6,903 bases of DNA from the IMG/VR virus record IMGVR_UViG_2740892423_000009; one strand, written 5' to 3'. The position numbers were made by a program, and so were the translations under genes. The notes below the pieces were generated by a model. The model made no database searches and had not been told where the DNA came from. It was given only the letters and a program-made list of their open reading frames with translations. Positions 5,201 to 6,903 of this stretch are shown here, in pieces. Numbering within the stretch: position 1 is the first letter of the stretch; the number at the start of each line of letters is the position of its first letter. The stretch is from a virus (lineage: Duplodnaviria > Heunggongvirae > Uroviricota > Caudoviricetes).

Positions 5201-6012
5201 TCCATCTGGCGTACTTGCTTACGTACTTTCAGGAATGAATCAACGTTAATGTTTTCAATTGGTACGGATAAGCCATATTTTTCATTTGTTAGGTAGTGGA
5301 AAATCTGGTCCACGCCGTTAGTGCTAGCCTCAATAGCATTGGTTTCAAGGTTACGAATCTTTAAGCCCATAACATCGACTGCCACTTGGCTATTTGGTTG
5401 AAGGATATCAACACCAGCAGCAAGAGATTTGTCATCACGACGTAACACAATACACATGGTTGCAATGCCGTTACCCTTGTAAGCATCGGTCCAGTCTGAG
5501 CCTAAATGCTGTTTTGCCAGTGACAAAGCGGTGTTAGGATTCTTACCCGTGCGGAACTCAACCTCCAACACTTTCCGGTATTCTTCTTTAATGTTGCCCT
5601 TATCGAGAATGCCATCACGGATCGTCATGTTCTTACCAACAAGAACATTTTTATTATCGATAAACAGTGCTTTGTAGTGGTCGATTTCACCCTCTGCTAC
5701 AGCGAAGATTTGCACTAACTTATTGTTTTCTCTTTTAGAAATTGCTTTGTAAACGCAGTTTGTACCAGTACGGGTAACACCGAAAAGAACGGGTAATACT
5801 GTCTTCGGATCGTTTGATGTTCCTAGTGTCACCGCATTATCTGGGCTTTGTACTTTAGGTGTTTTTGGTGCGCCTACAGTGGAAGCGATCAAGGTCATTG
5901 CACCAGCAGCCATACCGATAGCGACTGCGGTCATAACAGAAAATGTTGCGGCTGCCGCCATCCCCGCCGAAGCACCAGCGATCACCGCGCCTACCAATAT
6001 TTCAAATCCCAT
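2236..6012 (-). CDS. central tail fibre / host specificity protein, lambda gpJ family, 1258 aa
   Basis: Long uninterrupted ORF with SD GGGGGTGA 3 nt upstream of the ATG. Residues ~495-790 form three tandem FN3-like segments (e.g. [28 protein letters not shown]...YDYRVCAFG). Residues ~940-1000 ([32 protein letters not shown]...[12 protein letters not shown]) and the C-terminal ~180 aa ([17 protein letters not shown]...[12 protein letters not shown]...[16 protein letters not shown]...[16 protein letters not shown]) resemble the equivalent lambda J regions as I recall them (lambda: SGTLSNVTIAENCTINGT...DDHPFDRQIVVLP...VDMPAGRGNVILTFTL...VQVMVIKKQALGISVV). Confidence 0.93.
   Translation of the reverse strand: [1258 protein letters not shown]
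2848..2982 (-). repeat. about 30-bp in-frame tandem repeats encoding decapeptide fibre repeats I-x-x-A-K-I-x-x-G-A
   Basis: Protein [43 protein letters not shown] (residues ~1011-1055). DNA shows recurring ttttagc / atcttggcg / attttcgctg / attttagccg units. Confidence 0.6.
3178..3615 (-). repeat. in-frame degenerate repeats encoding an Ala-rich coiled-coil segment of the J-like protein
   Basis: Protein repeats ...[11 protein letters not shown]... / ...[17 protein letters not shown]... / ...[17 protein letters not shown]... / ...[12 protein letters not shown].... Matching DNA repeats on the + strand, e.g. ggtcaatcttacttgcgcttgc (~3281), gatcaatcttagttgaacttgc (~3393), catcaattttagcatcggcattagc (~3505). 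Confidence 0.6.
5866..6000 (-). other. hydrophobic Gly/Ala-rich N-terminal segment of the J-like protein (residues ~5-49), predicted membrane-like or helical
   Basis: Translation [45 protein letters not shown] has no charged residue between E4 and K50. This is not how lambda J begins, from memory. Confidence 0.5.
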
Positions 6013-6431
6013 TATTCACCCCCGAATCTATAAACTTGTTCATAGTCAATGTCTGAAACAGGAATGGTCATCCAGATACCATCTTCTTCAACGAGGCCAT
6101 AACCGGAATAATGAGGAACTACGGAATAATAATTACGGTTTCCTAATTTGTGGGCTGTGACCAGTAAGTCGCCGTCCTGTAAATCATCAGTGACTAATTT
6201 GAAATGTTTCTTTATTGGTTGAAGGATGTTTGAATATCCGCTTAATTCTTTGCAGATTTTCAAGCCTTCTTCTTTAGTTGAATATTTTTTATAAAGAGAA
6301 TTATATAGGTCAGTACCAGCGAGAATATCGATGATCTTACATGCAATGAGATTGCAATCATTCTCGCCTTGAACGAACTCCTGACCTATTAAAGAATTGA
6401 TGTAATCGGTGATAAGCCTAGTTTTTAGCAT
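6012..6431 (-). CDS. NlpC/P60-family tail assembly protein (lambda gpK C-terminal-domain-like), 139 aa
   Basis: Start moved to the internal ATG at 6431-6429, which is preceded by GGAGGT plus a 7-nt spacer. The longer 191-aa ORF in the track would overlap the upstream ORF by about 110 nt. Protein MLKTRLITDY...ENDCNLIACKIID has a candidate catalytic Cys (codon 6354-6356) in a D-C-x-x-L context followed by conserved His residues, as in NlpC/P60 papain-like domains of gpK proteins. Stop TAA overlaps the J-like ATG by 1 nt (TAATG). Confidence 0.75.
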   Translation of the reverse strand: MLKTRLITDYINSLIGQEFVQGENDCNLIACKIIDILAGTDLYNSLYKKYSTKEEGLKICKELSGYSNILQPIKKHFKLVTDDLQDGDLLVTAHKLGNRNYYSVVPHYSGYGLVEEDGIWMTIPVSDIDYEQVYRFGGE

Positions 6432-6477
6432 GTTGAATACCTCCATGCTGTTATTTACTAGGCTTAGGGAGAAGGGA

Positions 6478-6822
6478 TTATTTCTTAGAGCTAAACCACT
6501 TCGACTCGCTTTGCCACTTCCCGGCACGAGAGAAGAATAGATCGTTCTCGTTTCCAACATAGGATCGGTGGATACCATCGGAGGCATGACTACGAGCGTT
6601 TTTATCTAGAACTTCCCAGATACTATTAAGCTGAAATTCTGATTCGTTTTTACACTCATCATCTTCATGTTCGATGTTAATACCGATGGAATCGACTACC
6701 CCACGGAAAACAGGGTAAGTAGTTTCAACCTTGCCCGTGTTGGGGTTAAGGAAAACCATCTCGATTTTCACATCAGATTTATCGAATTGCTTGTTTCGAA
6801 TCAGGCTAATTGTTGTGGTCAA
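6478..6822 (-). CDS. hypothetical tail-tip assembly protein, 114 aa; possibly a stand-alone N-terminal (MPN-like) half of a gpK-type protein
   Basis: ORF from the track. Its first codon is TTG (revcomp of 6820-6822), immediately after an in-frame TAG, with GGTGG about 10 nt upstream. Internal GTG/ATG starts lack a good SD. No clear JAMM HxH motif seen, so the MPN assignment is positional inference only. Sits directly upstream of the NlpC/P60 gene. Confidence 0.5.
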   Translation of the reverse strand: MTTTISLIRNKQFDKSDVKIEMVFLNPNTGKVETTYPVFRGVVDSIGINIEHEDDECKNESEFQLNSIWEVLDKNARSHASDGIHRSYVGNENDLFFSRAGKWQSESKWFSSKK

Positions 6823-6903
6823 CTAAAACTGGCCACCGCGTTAGAGTTTTTCCAGTATCGGTTTTCTGATTCGTTTGGTGGTAACCCACCATTATATTCG
6901 TGC
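6819..6903 (-). CDS. 3' end of an upstream tail gene (5' part lies beyond the window edge); possibly a gpL-like minor tail protein
   Basis: Minus-strand frame open from the window edge to a TGA at 6819-6821, translating ...HEYNGGLPPNESENRYWKNSNAVASFS*. The stop overlaps the TTG start of the next ORF by 2 nt. Function guessed only from position upstream of the gpK-like/J-like genes. A second frame is also open over these 81 nt, so the frame choice is tentative. Confidence 0.3.
   Translation of the reverse strand, partial: HEYNGGLPPNESENRYWKNSNAVASFS

Noticed and set aside
2539-5296. Plus-strand ORFs 2539..2925, 4150..4377, 5003..5296 and minus-strand alternate-frame ORF 4812..5009
   Set aside because: All are embedded in the 3.8-kb J-like gene, whose frame is continuous and carries recognisable domains. 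These are frame shadows.
5848-6160. Plus-strand ORFs 5848..6033 (61 aa) and 5879..6160 (93 aa)
   Set aside because: Antisense to the Gly/Ala-rich N-terminus of J and to the NlpC/P60 gene. The Ala/Pro/Ile-rich and Cys/His/Arg-rich translations are what the reverse complement of GC-rich Ala/Gly codons produces.
6432-6587. N-terminal extension of the 191-aa ORF 6012..6587 (MPPMVSTDPMLETRT...)
   Set aside because: It would overlap the upstream 114-aa ORF by about 110 nt in another frame and lacks an SD. The internal ATG at 6431 has a GGAGGT SD at good spacing and gives a 139-aa NlpC/P60 protein, so the extension is most likely untranslated.
1-6903. tRNA, CRISPR array, integrase, transposase or attachment-site repeats
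   Set aside because: No cloverleaf-capable segment of 70-90 nt in the short intergenic regions, no regularly spaced direct repeats, and no ORF with recombinase motifs. The only repeats are the in-frame J repeats and the small palindromes.

Overview
All supportable genes lie on the minus strand and read as the end of a tailed-phage (lambda-like siphovirus or prophage) tail-tip module followed by a compact cluster of small, uncharacterised genes. From high to low coordinates: the 3' end of an upstream tail gene, a 114-aa ORF, a stand-alone NlpC/P60-type gpK-like protein (139 aa), and a 1258-aa lambda-J-family central tail fibre (2236..6012). The J-like protein has an unusual hydrophobic Gly/Ala-rich N-terminus, three FN3-like domains, Ala-rich coiled-coil repeats, decapeptide 'AKI' fibre repeats, and a C-terminal domain resembling the lambda J receptor-binding end. 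An intrinsic terminator follows J. Downstream sits the most likely candidate for an undescribed system: a 92-aa single-pass membrane coiled-coil protein, a 56-aa membrane micro-ORF missing from the ORF track, a 227-aa strongly basic protein, a 115-aa protein and a 149-aa Cys-rich putative zinc-binding protein. None of these five matches a family I can name from sequence alone. Nearly every gene has a G-rich Shine-Dalgarno (GGGGG or GGAGG) 4-7 nt upstream of its start, which supports the calls. No tRNA, rRNA, CRISPR array, integrase or transposase is visible. The window looks AT-rich by eye (roughly 40% GC, not computed).
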